Source: Octopus vulgaris
Lineage: Eukaryota
Length of the DNA stretch: 64,000 nt
Direction of reading: 5' to 3'
NCBI GenBank assembly: GCA_951406725.2
Contig: OX597824.1
Coordinates: forward strand, 50,406,001 to 50,470,000
Positions 26,756 through 41,382 of this stretch are shown here, piece after piece. The first letter of the stretch is position 1; each line of letters starts with the position of its first letter. A program made the position numbers and the translations under genes. The notes below the pieces were generated by a model. It made no database searches and was not told the DNA's origin. It saw only the letters and a list, made by a program, of their open reading frames with translations.

Positions 26756-27845
26756 TACTGGGTCATCCCATAAACAATGCAGTTTTTTTATACTGCTTTT
26801 ATTTTTCGAAATTATGATAAACAAAGTTCTTTTTTAATCTAAAATACATTCTCTTTCATTTTCTACAATGTTCTTCCATCTATCTGGTTGTCTTGCAAGG
26901 CCCCACTTCCAAATTTCACTTGTGCATAATGAAAAGTATTCCTCCAGTACTGTTTTGACTTCGTCTACAGAATTCATATTTTTCCGTACAATGCGGAATA
27001 AATGATAGTCAGATGGTGCTATGTCCGGTGAATATGGTGGTTGGGGCATCATTCCCCATTCATACTGCTCCAGCTTTTGGAATGCCATCCTCACTGTATG
27101 TGGCCGAGCTTTATTGCCTCCTAACCAAAGACGGTCGTTTTTCTTCTAACACTCACTTAAGCTTCTCAAGCTGCTCGCAGTGGATCTCATTTGTTATCGT
27201 TTGATTTGAGTTTAAAAGTTCAAAGTGGAGTAAACCTTTCATATCCCACCAAACAGATTACATACAACAGCTTACATGGATGAAGACCTAATTTAGCCTG
27301 GGGTGCCAGTGTTTTTCCTTTCCCTGCCCACTGTCTTTAGTGCTTGACATTTCTATAGAGAATCCATTTCTCATCACCAGTCACTATTCGGTTCAAAAGA
27401 GGTTCATTCGTCAGACGTGAAAGCAAAGAGGAGCACACATCCACTCTCTGCGCGTGATTAGACTCGGACAGTGTGTGAGGAACCCATTGACCCAATTTGT
27501 TGACTTTTCCGATGGCATGCAGGTGTCCATGAATGGTTGAATGACCAAATCCATGCTTCTCTGCTAGTTCCTGAACAGTTACGATGGGATTTTGTTCCAC
27601 AAGAGTTTGCAGGACGTTATCGTCGCGCTTTACTGATCTTCCACGATAAGGATCGTCTTCTACGCTGTAGTTTCTGGAACCACCGTTGACACTAGCTTAC
27701 GATTATTGTCCGATCCCCATATACTACATTAATATTCCTCGCACTTGCCGTTGCGTTGCTGCCTTTATTGAACTCATAAAGCAAAATATGCTCAATATGC
27801 TCCTTTGTCACTTCCATTATGGCTTTGAAAAAAAAACTGTTAAAA
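26756..27845 (-). mobile_element. Decayed mariner (DD34D-type) transposon
   Basis: Start MEVTKEHIEHILLYEFNKG at 27817; motifs GQWVPHTL, RIVTGDEKWILY and PPYSPDIAPSDYHLF; TA-flanked terminus TACTGGGTCATCCC at 26756. The other end is replaced by a PLE. Confidence 0.9.
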
Positions 27846-27849
27846 TTTA

Positions 27850-28560
27850 GATTTACAATTAGATAAATTCAAACCTTACCGTAAGCCTAATGAAAAGCTA
27901 TCTTATATTCAATCATCCACCAGTTATTCTTAGGAACCTAGTCAGTAATGTAGGTAGACGAATATCGTCAATTTCTACGGATGAGGCAGCATTTCAAAAT
28001 GCTGCACCCTATTACAATAACGCATTAAGGAATAGTGGATTCTCTGAGAAGATCCAGTATAACCAAGTTAATGTTAGCAGTAATACCACACGTAGAACTA
28101 AAACTAGGAGGGTTTTGTGGTTCAGCCCAGCTTTTAATACGGCCGTAAAAACTAATATAGGTAGGGAATTCTTAAAATTAGTCTCTAAACATATTCAACT
28201 TAACCATAAGTTTTACAGAATATTTAATAGAAGAACACTTAAGATCAGCTATTCTTGTTGCAAAAACTTCGCCTCTTTCATTAGCTAACACAACACTAAA
28301 ATACTAGTCTGGTAAAACACATCTGGGAATTGAAAGAAAATGAAACCCGTCCTTTCAACGTGACATAGAAACTCTTAGATAAAGCATCAGCTTACAGACA
28401 TGGTACTCATAAAAGACCCATCAAATTCGATTTATGCCTTTCGGAAAATTCTTTATTTTATTTCAGGACAATAGCGATTTGATTCAAAGACGCGAACTCT
28501 TAAATTCCTGCAGGCACGCAACAAAATTTAAAATGTCAACCGATAAAATACCGTATTGAT
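27850..28560 (+). mobile_element. Decayed Naiad-type PLE 3' fragment
   Basis: HPPVILRNLV...YNNALRNSGF...VLWFSPAFN...IFNRRTLKISYSC, then DLCLSE..RRELLNSCRH; homologous to 13041-14213. Confidence 0.8.
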
Positions 28561-30183
28561 AATATATTTTTTGAATCTTGAACTAATTCCCAATGCCACT
28601 GTTGAATTCCTACTTTGTAGTGTTCGGTTATTTTGCAACGCAACGATATTGAATGTATTTCGACGTATTCTTTAAGATAACCTTCGACTTTTCTACATAT
28701 TATTTTAAAGTTTAAGCGTTTATTATTTTATTGTATTTTACAAACCTATTTAATTATTATATTTAATTTATAGATAATTCTATATATGGTGCTGCATTTT
28801 GCAAATATTTTTATCGATTCTTATTACTACATACACAGAGCAATTTAAAAAAAAAATTGTAAATACACATTAGGATCTAGATATGTTTTTATGTGTGTGT
28901 ATTGTGGGTATGCATATGTATTTGTATGTGTGTATCTATGTATGTGTGTAAGTATACATGTATGTTTATATCATTTATGTACATACGTACATGGACGTAT
29001 ATGTATATGCGTGTACACTTATATTTGTGTGAATATGTATTTACGTACATATTTCTGTATATTTATATACGTAATCATATATGTGTATTTGTATACTAAT
29101 ATATATGTAATTTTGTGTGTACGTTCGTTCCACATATTTCGCAATCTATCTCTCTTTCTTTTCTATTCTTTTCTTGCTCAAAGTACCCTTTCTCTTCCTT
29201 CTTGATACTTGGCAAGCGTCCTTAAACAACACACTTCTTTTCTCTTTTCTCTTTTTTCTCTTTCTCTCGCTAGTTTTCCGTTTCTGTTTCTTTTTCTTTT
29301 TCTCTTCTTCCTCCTTATGCTTAAAGTATACTTCCCATATCTCTCGTCTGTAGTAACTGACCTGTATATGTATATACCAAGAGATTTTGTGCGTGTGCAT
29401 GCATGCGTACATATATGTATATGTGTATTTGTGTATATATTTATATCTTACCTCTATAAGTCTATATATGTATATAACTATGTACATGCATCTGTGTATT
29501 TTGGAGTATCTATGAATATTATAGATGGTTTAGCATGTGTATGTACTGCTGAAAAAATATTTATGTAATACAGCGTGAAAATTTATAATTTAAATTTTAA
29601 CGTATTGATTTATATTTCGTATATGATTATTTACCATATGTATTTGGAATCTGTCCTTCGATTTAAGGTTTTCTTCGTATTTAAAATAGACTGAATTTAT
29701 ACTGAATTTATTTTGTTCATTGCATGCTTAAGACCGTTAGTTGAAAGGACCAAAGAAACAAAACCATTTACAAAGGTCCTTTAAACTAGTTTTTGTTTGA
29801 TTATATCGTCATTTCTGTTTCATTCTAACAAAACTGTCCGACGAATGGGAACTCATATTCAAATACTTATATCTACATATTAGTCTATCTGTATGTCTGT
29901 CTACTGAACTGATGTACCTGTCCCCGATACATATATCTCGCTTGTACAATTAAAGCTTCTAATTTTGACAGAATTTACCAGATTTCCTTGATCTAGTGGC
30001 ATACTTTCTAGCATACAGCAGATAGATGGTTCAACTCTCTTAGATAATTCTATTCTCAATTTTCCGTCCAAGGAAAAATTTTTATTGCCATATCAGGAAT
30101 TATTATTCATAGCTGTATTTACATTGCTAAGTTCCATAAAAAAGTTGCTCTGAAATTTATCAGTGCTTTATATATTTGTATAT

Positions 30184-30252
<69 letters not shown>

Positions 30253-30354
30253 TGTATATATATATATAAATGTATTCATATATGAAGCACTGATAAATTT
30301 CAAGACAATCTTTTTTAAAAAACTGACCATTGTAAATATATATATTGATTTAAT

Positions 30355-30545
30355 ATTTTGAAGCAAGTCAGCAATTTCGGGGAAAAGAGTAAGTCGATTA
30401 CATCAACCCCAGTTCTCAACTGGTACTTATTTCATCGACCCCGAACGGATGAAAGACAAAGTCAACCTCGGTGGAATTTCAACTCCGAACGAAATGTCGT
30501 TAAACATTTTGCCCTACGTGTTAGCGATTTTGCCATCTCGCCTTT
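30355..30545 (-). mobile_element. SINE family B
   Basis: TGGTACTTATTTCATCGACCCCGAACGGATGAAAGACAAAGTCAACCTCGG is the reverse complement of the family B core. Confidence 0.75.
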
Positions 30546-30941
30546 ATATAACACACACATACGAGAGAGAGAGAGAGAGAGAGAGGGGGAGACAGAGACA
30601 GAGTGAGAGAATTCGTGAGACAGTATTAAATCTTCGAGGTAACACCCTGACGCGCACTGCTTGGAAAACAAATAAGATTGAAGTTGTGATTTTTGTTTGA
30701 TCAGGACTTAGAACGGTTAGGTGCAGTTTGAGGCAGATTTTGTTATTATTTCTAAGAGACGAAACGACTTCTATTAGCATAGTAGAACACTACGCTATTC
30801 CTTCTTATGATCTGTCCTTTACTTCTATAAATAAAGTGCCCGCCATTAAACTATCGTACTTCTTACGAGCTGTAACTTTATCTCAGTAAATAAATTTTCA
30901 ACTATAAATTTCGGCCTAGTATTATTCGCTTAGTTTTAGGA

Positions 30942-31152
30942 AGGGGTGCTGAAAAGTTCCTGTCTCTAAGTGTCTCACGAAAACCCTGATTGGAGGTCCA
31001 ACCTTCCGACTTCTTCAACAGAGCTTTAAAAAATGAAACACTGTTACAATAAGTGTGTGAATCTGAGAGGGGAACATGCTGAATAATATCATAATTAACT
31101 GATCCTCCTGTATTTTCTTTTACTCAAAACCAGAAACATTTCAGCACCTGTA
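30942..31152 (+). mobile_element. Non-autonomous mariner-derived MITE
   Basis: Imperfect TIRs GGTGCTGAAAAGTTCCTG / CCAGAAACATTTCAGCACC; internal remnant YNKCVNLRGEHAE* resembles a mariner C-terminus. Confidence 0.65.
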
Positions 31153-32431
31153 TGATATGTTACATGTTGGTTTAAACTTTTTGGCATATGGCCAAAATCG
31201 ACCTCAGCAGAATTTGAACTCCCAACGTAAAGGCAGGTGAAATGTCGCTGATCATTTTGCCCGACATGCAAACAGTTCTGCCAGCTTGCTGCCTTATGAT
31301 ATGTTACATATTGTCAACAGTTTGGTGAATGAAGGATATATTCATGTCTATTGCTAAGATACTCCATGACACGCTTGCAAAGATATTGAACTCACGGGAC
31401 ATGATATTATCCTAAACCAACGATGAGGTAAGTTCGACCATTTCACCTCCTTAAACTCTATAATTCTATATCAAAGGAATTGAACATATGAGACAGGAGA
31501 TAAGCTTAGACCAACGACGAGGTAAATTCGACCATTTCACTTCTATAATTCATTTCATTGTTATCAGAATCTCATTTACATTAATCCTATAAACGTGAGA
31601 TATTGTATCAATGTACAAAAATCGATATTGATTGTCTTAATGCTATGTTTTAGTCGAAACATCTTTTAGTATCCTTGGAGAACGAAGAGAAACCATAATC
31701 TTCTGCATTACAATGAATTCAAAAAGTAATTGACACATGCATTGCCATTACATATAGTAAGAAATAAATTTATTCAAGTTTTATTATGCTGTTTGTGTTT
31801 CACCGAAAATACGCAAACACACAACATCTAACATGAGAAGCACACAGTTAAATAAATGTATATGTATACACAGACGCACACAACTGCATACATTCAAATA
31901 AATTTTATGCAATTTGATATATTCGCATATTGTATATCTACAAAAGAAATCGCTCTTTTAATTCACAAATCAAACATGGAAACATAAGTCAGACAATTAT
32001 GCAAGGGTGAATGCAAATACACATGCATGCAATATAACCTTACACAATGTATGTGAGCCATAATATCCCTCATCGTTTGATTCAATTTCTTATAAGAAAG
32101 AGAGATGACAGGAATAAATAATTATCTTATGAACTTCATTACCTTACACCTGTTTCTGCAATAAAATGCAGTGAGTGCTTGAAGAGCAACTTATTGCTGC
32201 ATCATATAGCTGAAATAGCTGTTAGCTAATGAAGTTCATAAGATAATCATTTATTCCTTTCTCAGCTTTCTTTCTTATTACCCTATACTCAGCTAACACT
32301 TCTATCTGAAACATACGTAGATTGAGTTCTACACCAGGTTTTAGTCTCGCAATGCCTAAACGAGATATACGCTCTCATACATTCATATATGCACTGACAT
32401 ACACTCAGACCCAGACACAAACGCATACATA

Positions 32432-32512
<81 letters not shown>

Positions 32513-32550
32513 CGCACACACACACATTATGCACATAATATATATATATT

Positions 32551-33005
<455 letters not shown>

Positions 33006-33592
33006 GCACAACACAGTTACAGAGTAAATCAGGAACTGGAATATATTTTAATATTACAAAACTATACCATGAGTTAACTAAGAGTGAAAACAGATGCAGA
33101 AAAAGAAGAGGAGCTTCCTCACGCACCGTTGCCTCAGAGAAGGCATGCCAAGGTTCCTTTCTCAGTCAAGAGCCCAAGTAATCTGCAATGTAAAAAATCA
33201 TGTGTGTGACTGTTACATTAGTGGATAGTCTAAATTATGACTGCTTTATACAGGAGTTGATCTACAAAACATACTCTCTAGCTGAAGAAATAAAGAATCT
33301 GTTAAGCCACTCTATACCGCTCATTATTATATACGCATTTTTCCAGTTTCGCAGATGCTCTATCATTTCGAGGACTCCATATTGGGAAGAAATCACCGGT
33401 CACAGTGAGGTGTTGTACATCTAACTCCACCAGTAATGTATATGTGTATGTGTATGTGCGCGCGCGTGTGTGTGTATGTGTGTGCGTAAATATATAATGT
33501 TATATGTGTATATATAGGTAGATAGATAAATAAATAAATAGATAATAGATGAATAAATAGATATATAAATAGATAGATATATAAACAGATAT

Positions 33593-33631
<39 letters not shown>

Positions 33632-35118
33632 CATACATACATACATACATACATACATACATAATACTCACATGTTTCGCACATGTTTCTGTAAGTCTCT
33701 CTCATAAGGCATTGACCAATTTCCATCGCCACGATTCATTCTCAACTATATTTGATGTTCGTTGGATAAACTCTCTGTGTAGATCTTTCCAGTTGCTAAC
33801 CTTTTTACCAATCTTCGTTGTTGGACGTGTGAAGTGAATGAAAAGAGAAAAGCTAAAACATCCGAGAATTAGAAAGAATTGAAGGTTAATGCAAATATGA
33901 AGAGCAAATACGATTTGCTGCAAACCCAATTTAATGAGAATTATATCGGCCAAACGGGTTCAAAATTAATACAGCAAGATAGAGAACATAAGCAACAAAT
34001 CATCTCTTAGATATGTTCCATGTAGGGAACATTTAAACCTTTGTGCAAATGGAAAATTCAAAATATTTGTTGTTTCAAAATAAAAGGAAAAATGATGAAC
34101 TATGAAAAGCTAGAAAAAATTACTTAAAACCAATGCCAAGCCAGAAAGAGTTGACACCGCTACTAAAAGCAACGTACGCTATACTGATCACCCCATAACA
34201 CGTGTGAATGAAAACACACGTGTTTTTCAAACCTCTCATTATAGAATTTTGCTAATTGTCTATCTCGTTAGAATCCTTATGTTGGGCAGTCCTATGGACG
34301 TCTAAACTTCTGAAATGTCTTTGATTTCTCTCCTTCCTCTCTCCCTCTCAACTTCTTTATAGTTATTCATACGTTCAACCTGTATTAACATACACATTCA
34401 GTCTATATTCTATCTATGTATATAAATAACTACTTATATAGGGTATCATCGTATGCTCATCTGTGTATACATATGTATACAAAATCATCTAAATATAAAC
34501 TTTTCTGAGTGAGGCTTTTTCTTTTCAAATTCAATTCTACATTTTGGTGATGTTTCTCACGTATAGAAATGCTTTCTCAAATAAAATTGTACTTCATGTT
34601 TGAGACTCCGACGAGGCTATTGGGTGATACACAAGCACTGGATTGCGAGTGCAATTTATTTTATAGCAGAAACAGCTGAAGCAAATGAAGGTCATTATAT
34701 CACTTTCTTGTTGCCTTGTAATTTTTATAATATTTTATTGCGCTCTCTACGCGACTAACAATATTTTGCTGAAGTATACATATACTAAGTCCTAACACTA
34801 GATTATTAGTATCGCTATGTGTAAACGAAATGTTAACACACACACACACACACACTGTCCCACATACCGCGCGCGCGCACACAAACGCACGCACTCACAC
34901 ACATACACACACAAGTACAAATATATATGTGTTTGTGTTCGCGCCCATGTGAGTATAGAATGTATTTTAAAAGTCAAATGTCATTTACAAATTTCTCTGC
35001 AAACCTCAGTTACATACTTCATGACCCAATGTTATACTAAACATTCGTGTATCATTATTTCACATCATCTGGCTATGAATCTGAAACAAGACACTATTGC
35101 AATACGTTATTATTATTG

Positions 35119-35197
<79 letters not shown>

Positions 35198-35676
35198 CAC
35201 ACTTTACAAACCTAAATATGAAAACATTAGTTGATAACACAATCATATATATATAGATTTTTTTCCCAAAAGTAAAAGATTGTTCACGGAAGCTATATTA
35301 AAAACAATATATCTATGTAACTGACCCTCCTAACCCCCGCCCTAATAACAAACTAACGCCATACACCATTTCCTGGTCGCTGAACGTAATCTGCCGTTAA
35401 TGGTAAGCTAAAATATAAAGTCCAGAAATAATGATATAATCATTAACACAACATAATTCCCATGATTCTTTCCTATAATAAAACGGCAATAACAAACACC
35501 ACTAATAACTGGCAAGGTCTGGAAACGTTGATGGTCCGAGAAACATTTTATTGTTCCAAACAAAATATAAAGCTCGAAAGAGGAAATAAGAAAAAAATCC
35601 TTAATAAATAAAGATAAAACTTCTACAGCGTATTATATATTTATAATAGGATGTAATATTGTACACACACACACGC

Positions 35677-35746
<70 letters not shown>

Positions 35747-36087
35747 ACACATACATGTACAAACACTTACAAACACTTGGTAGTTACAGGAAACTCTAAA
35801 AATATTTTAACTGCGGCCATCTTTGTGTGTGAGTGTGTCCGGAGGTAATAAGGTATCATGACTGACGCACGACTCTCTAAAGTTTCGTTCTTGTGATTAA
35901 CACCTTCGAAAAAAGCACACTCACGGCCACCGTTATACACAAATGAATAAAGCTATACTTTCTTGCAAGACTGCTTTCCCCTACAATAATAAAAGTAATA
36001 AAGAGCCAATGGAAAATAAATTTTATAGACTCATATACATACGTAGACACACGTATGTCTACGTATGTCTAGGTATGAATGCATTAT

Positions 36088-36466
36088 ATTTTTCCTTTGA
36101 GTTTAATTTAAGTTCTTCTTGAGAGAGTTTAAGCCTGTTGTTAACAAAGCAGCAAGACTTTTTGAGTTAAGAGAGTTCCCAGTGCTTGTAAATATGTGGT
36201 CAAGCTGGTGTGCTGGTTGAGATGTCGATATATACGCCCAAGTGTGTGCATCTATTCACATAAGAATCTCAGATGAAGATTTTTGGAATGTCTTAAAAAT
36301 CTTTACTGTGCCACTAATAGAATGGATTTAGAGAATCCTCGTCTGTTTCTCTTGCGCTTTTCCTGTGAAACCGGATATTTCAAGTTATTTCACATCATCT
36401 GGCTATGAATCTGAAACAAGACACTATTGCAATACGTTATTATTATTGTTTTTATTATTATTATTA

Positions 36467-36525
<59 letters not shown>

Positions 36526-37365
36526 GTTATTATCACACTTTACAAACCTAAATATGAAAACATTAGTTGATAACACAATCATATATATATAGATTTTTGG
36601 AATGTCTTAAAAATCTTTACCCTGCCACTAATAGAATGGATTTAGAGAATCCTCGTCTGTTTCTCTTGCGCTTTTCCTGTGAAACCGGATATTTCAAGTT
36701 TTTTGTGCAAATTTGTTGGTACATGACTTAATACACCTTTAGTGATAGGTACAAAGGAGAATTCATAGTCATGGTACAAGAGATGTTAGTTCTGCATTAA
36801 TTCGTCATAAATTTTCTCTTTTTCCTGGACATTTGATTATACATTCACATCCGCTGGGCAGCTTGCCTCTACAGCAGTGCCTGACTTTGGTTCCCTGTCT
36901 CACAGAACAATCGTGTTTGTTATGTTAGTACCGAATCGATGTTTGTTATTGGGGTGTTCCGCTAGTATTCCTTGTTTTTAAAGCCGTAAATATCTGCTGA
37001 TTCTGACACACCTTTGATGTATACGCCCGGTTAGTCCTTACTACAGATAGCATTGTAAATAATCTTTGCAATTATTTAATGTCTCAGGGGCAGGTAGTAT
37101 CTCGTAGACATTTTGGGGACAGCTGGTGATGTTGTGGGTGATATCTTCCACAATGGTATAGCGAAGCCGACATTTTTTATCACAACGTGGACGTTTGTTG
37201 GTATTGTTGTCCTTCTTGTCTATTAGGTATTTAGTAACTATCTCCTATTCCTGGATAGCGAATGCATGCCCTTCTATGTGGGGTGTAATGTATCTGTCGC
37301 GGGTCCAGAAGTCGCTACTCTTCCTGTTGATATTGTTATTTCCCTCTAGCTTACGGGATATATAC
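36088..37365 (-). mobile_element. Decayed R4/Dong-clade non-LTR retrotransposon 3' end (CCHC finger + REL endonuclease)
   Basis: Minus-strand fragments EGHAFAIQE*EIVTKYL, KKCRLRYTIVEDITHNITSCP, YYLPLRH, VEASCPADVNV and YEFSFVPI. A homologous 3' end lies at 39970-40065. Confidence 0.7.
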
Positions 37366-38065
37366 CCATTATGTATGTATGTATGTATGTATGTATGTAT
37401 GTATGTATGTATGTATGTATGTATGTATGTATGTATGTTTGTATGTATGTATATATGTATAAATGTATGTATGTATATGTATGTTCTATGTGTAACATTA
37501 AACTGTAGCTAGTGGTGAGGCTCCAGTTTGGAAGTTCTAATTGTGGGATGCGTGGAGTGATCCCTTTCTGACCTCAAATGGTAGTGCCTGTCAAGATCCA
37601 ATTAACGGGTTAAGTAGATTTCCCAGGAGTAGAGGAGGATCCCATTATTTTTTGACAAAGCTGCGAGAAGGCAGTTCTAGGAGAATGATGCTCTGACATA
37701 AAACAATATATACCCGTCAGTTTGCAATTCTTGTCACTGGAATCTACTGTGACTACCAAGAGGGTGACAAAAGTGTTGCACAAGCTTTTATCGCTTAAAT
37801 CCAGTGACGTATAAATGTCTCGCTAACTTTTTTGTATTTTATAAAGTCCTATGGCGATAGATTCTTGATCCTGTCCTGAAAATTCATATCTGTGCATGTG
37901 GAAAGATGAAAGCAGATTAGAACAATTCGGCTGAATGTGAAGTGACTATCATCTGAAAAATTAGGCATTCATCGTGTATGTATGTATGTATGTATGTATG
38001 TATGTATGTATGTATGTATGTATGTATGTATGTATGTATTATGTATGTATGTATGCATGTGTGTG

Positions 38066-38097
<32 letters not shown>

Positions 38098-38200
38098 TGT
38101 ATGTATGTGTGTGTATATGCATGTGTGTGTGTATGTATGTATGTATGTATGTATATAAATAATATATATGTATATATATATACACATACAGATACATACA

Positions 38201-38278
<78 letters not shown>

Positions 38279-38507
38279 TAATTAATCAATATAGGGTGGC
38301 AAAAAATTTCGTAGAATTTTTTTTGCCACCAGCGGCCTAGTGGGAAAAAAGTAAATAGTCATAGACCATTTATAAATTCAACAGCAAAATCAAGGAACGG
38401 CCATAATAGGCCATTCACCCACTAGAAATAACAGCCAAAGCTTCAACCGCAAAACAACATTAATTCCTGCAAACCAGGAGAAAATTAAAAAAAACATTTA
38501 CCCTGTA

Positions 38508-38614
38508 GTTCCTTATACGATGCACCGTTTCATCTATTGTTTAATGGTAAACTAACCTGATTAAATTAAATCAAGCTAGTCTTCCATAGGCCGATAGATT
38601 CGTCAGTAAAGAAC
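38508..38614 (-). ncRNA. Type I hammerhead ribozyme (left palindrome arm)
   Basis: GTTCTTTA-CTGACGA-ATCTA...TAGAT-GAAA-CGGTGCATCG-TA-TAAGGAAC on the minus strand. Confidence 0.9.
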
Positions 38615-38650
38615 AGCCAGATCGGAGCAGATATCTGCTCCGATCTGGCT

Positions 38651-38757
38651 GTTCTTTACTGACGAATCTATCGGCCTATGGAAGACTAGCTTGATTTAAT
38701 TTAATCAGGTTAGTTTACCATTAAACAATAGATGAAACGGTGCATCGTATAAGGAAC
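38651..38757 (+). ncRNA. Type I hammerhead ribozyme (right palindrome arm)
   Basis: The same motif read on the plus strand. Confidence 0.9.
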
Positions 38758-38879
38758 TACAGGGTAAATGTTTTTTTTAATTTTCTCCTGGTTTGCGGAA
38801 TTAATGTTGTTTTGCGGTTGAAGCTTTGGCTGTTATTTCTAGTGGGTGAATGGCCTATTATGGCCGTTCCTTGATTTTG

Positions 38880-38981
<102 letters not shown>

Positions 38982-40194
38982 TTGTGTGTGTGTCTCTTAT
39001 ATCTACATGTACAGATGTATGTATGTATGTCAGTTAACTCTTAGTGCTACTGGTAACGTGCAATCCAGTACAACCTGCTGTATGATCGAGTCAACAGCGA
39101 CTAAATCGGCAACCCTACATAGCCTGCTTAATAAAGAGAATGATTTGCGTGGGATACTCTGAAGTAACACGTCGGTAGAGTTAACAGTCATCCAACAGCT
39201 GGGAATGGGAGACCCCCCCAAGTCTTTGTTTAGACATCTCTTTAAGAGGAGAAAATCCCGAAATAAAAACCACCACATTGTGAAACTGAAAACTTTGCTC
39301 TTGCATGATTTTGAACTACTTGACTTTGTAGGTAGGAGTCTTAACGGTGCTATGTAAGCTGTTTTTCACTTTACATTTCAGTACGACATTAATGACTTCC
39401 ATTGTCTTTAGCATCTAGGATAAGATGATTTGTTAGTGATGGTCATACTCACCTACGCGCCACTATGTATGTACGTGTGTATGTATGTTTGTATGTATGT
39501 ACGTGTGTATGTATGTCTGTATGTATGTATGTACGTATGTATGTATGTATGTATGTATGTATGTATGTATGTATGTATGTATGTATGTCATTATTCAGTA
39601 TATTTCAAAATTTCTTGCCAATAGAAAGAGGACGGGTTTTTAACCTAGATCCAAGGTTTCTCCATTGGAATTTCAACATCAACAACAGGGCATTTTTGTC
39701 TGTTCGTATTTATGTATGTATGTATGTGTATGTATGCATGCATGTATGTATGTATGTATGTATGTATGTATGTATGTATGTATGTATGTATGTATGTATA
39801 TATGTATGTATGCATGCATATATGTATGTATGCATGCATGTATGTATGTATGTATGTATATATGTATGTATGTTTGTATGTATGTATATTTGTATGTATG
39901 TATGCATGAATGTATGTGTGCATGTGTGTAGGTATCTATGTATGCATACATATTTCTATGTATGTACGATTTTTCTTTGAGTTTAATCTAAGTTACTCCC
40001 GAGAGAGTTCAAGTAACTCGTTAATAAAGCGACTTTTTGAGTTAAAAATATTCCTGGCGAAAAGATGTATATGTATATATGTGTATATATGTATGTATAT
40101 ATATATATGTATAGATGTGTGTATATATATATATATATATATAGATTAATGTTTGTATATATATATATATTTGTATGTCTATATATATGTATGT

Positions 40195-41105
40195 ATTATG
40201 TCCTTAGCCTTGCTGAATAGTGATACCGATTCACAATAGCCATTGGAAAATATGTCCTTGGCATCAAGTGAAAAGGCGTCATGGATAAAGATGGCTGTCC
40301 CTCCCTTATTTCGGTCTGTGCAATCCGCACGAACAATGGTGAAATCTTTTATTTTCACTTCGGCGTCCATATGGGTGTTGTTCAGGTGAGTCTCGGTAAG
40401 GATAAAGAAAGGGAAGCAATGTACCGTTTCGGCAAGCCAACTCTCTATATATGAGATCTTCCATTTTGGGGCAATAATTGATGGGTTGATGCGACGTACA
40501 TTTAACAGGAATGTCGAGGTAAGGGGAGTTTGATGTTTGCATTGTTCTAAGTTATGTTTTATGTTGTTCAGTTGTAACAATGTGGGCAGTTCTTGTATGG
40601 AGCTATGTGTGTATGATTTTCTTGTTGGTAGTGGGTGTGTGGTCCTTGTGATTTGCATAGGTGGTTGCTGATAGCTCGTTGGATCTCCTGGCTTAGGTCG
40701 GCCTTCATATTTTCTAGGTAAGTCAATAAAAAAGAGTTACCTCTTTGGTTTGCCACTTGGTTAGAGGATACATATTTCATGCTGGTGTTATTTGGTGTTA
40801 TGGTTTTTTCATGGTTCTGTCTACGTTGTTTGATTGTAGGAGGGGAAACGTGGTTGTATTTTGTTTCTGTTGTTGTCATAGATCTCCTCTGTTGCTGTTT
40901 ATATTTATTTTGCGATCGTTTTGTGCCCTTCAGATGGTGGTGGTTGCATTCTGGGTTCAGTCACATCCTTAGTGACACAGAAGTTTGGCACAGTTTAGGA
41001 TGGAAGAAGGTGCATCCATTGCCTTTTGTGCATCCATATTTGGGATCAGGACCATGGACTCTGTATTTAGGGCAGTATTTGGGGTGGAGGTGAGGGCATT
41101 TTTTT
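40195..41105 (-). mobile_element. LINE 5' fragment (CR1/L2 group): Cys/His-rich ORF1 end plus APE endonuclease start
   Basis: YCPKY..G...YGCTKGNGCTFFHPKLC..S in ORF1; LNVRRINP, FILTETHL and IVRADCTDRNKGGTAIFIHD (APE motifs) in ORF 40179-40658. Confidence 0.75.
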
Positions 41106-41122
41106 TCCCGTTATACCATATA

Positions 41123-41158
<36 letters not shown>

Positions 41159-41253
41159 TGTATGTATGTATGTATGTATGTATGTACACCACTCTTTCTC
41201 TCACTCTTTCGTCTGTTGGCCTGCTCGCTTAGCCAGCGGGGTGGCGTCATTCG

Positions 41254-41296
<43 letters not shown>

Positions 41297-41314
41297 CATA
41301 CATACATACATACA

Positions 41315-41350
<36 letters not shown>

Positions 41351-41382
41351 TATTTACATATACGGATATATATATATTAATT

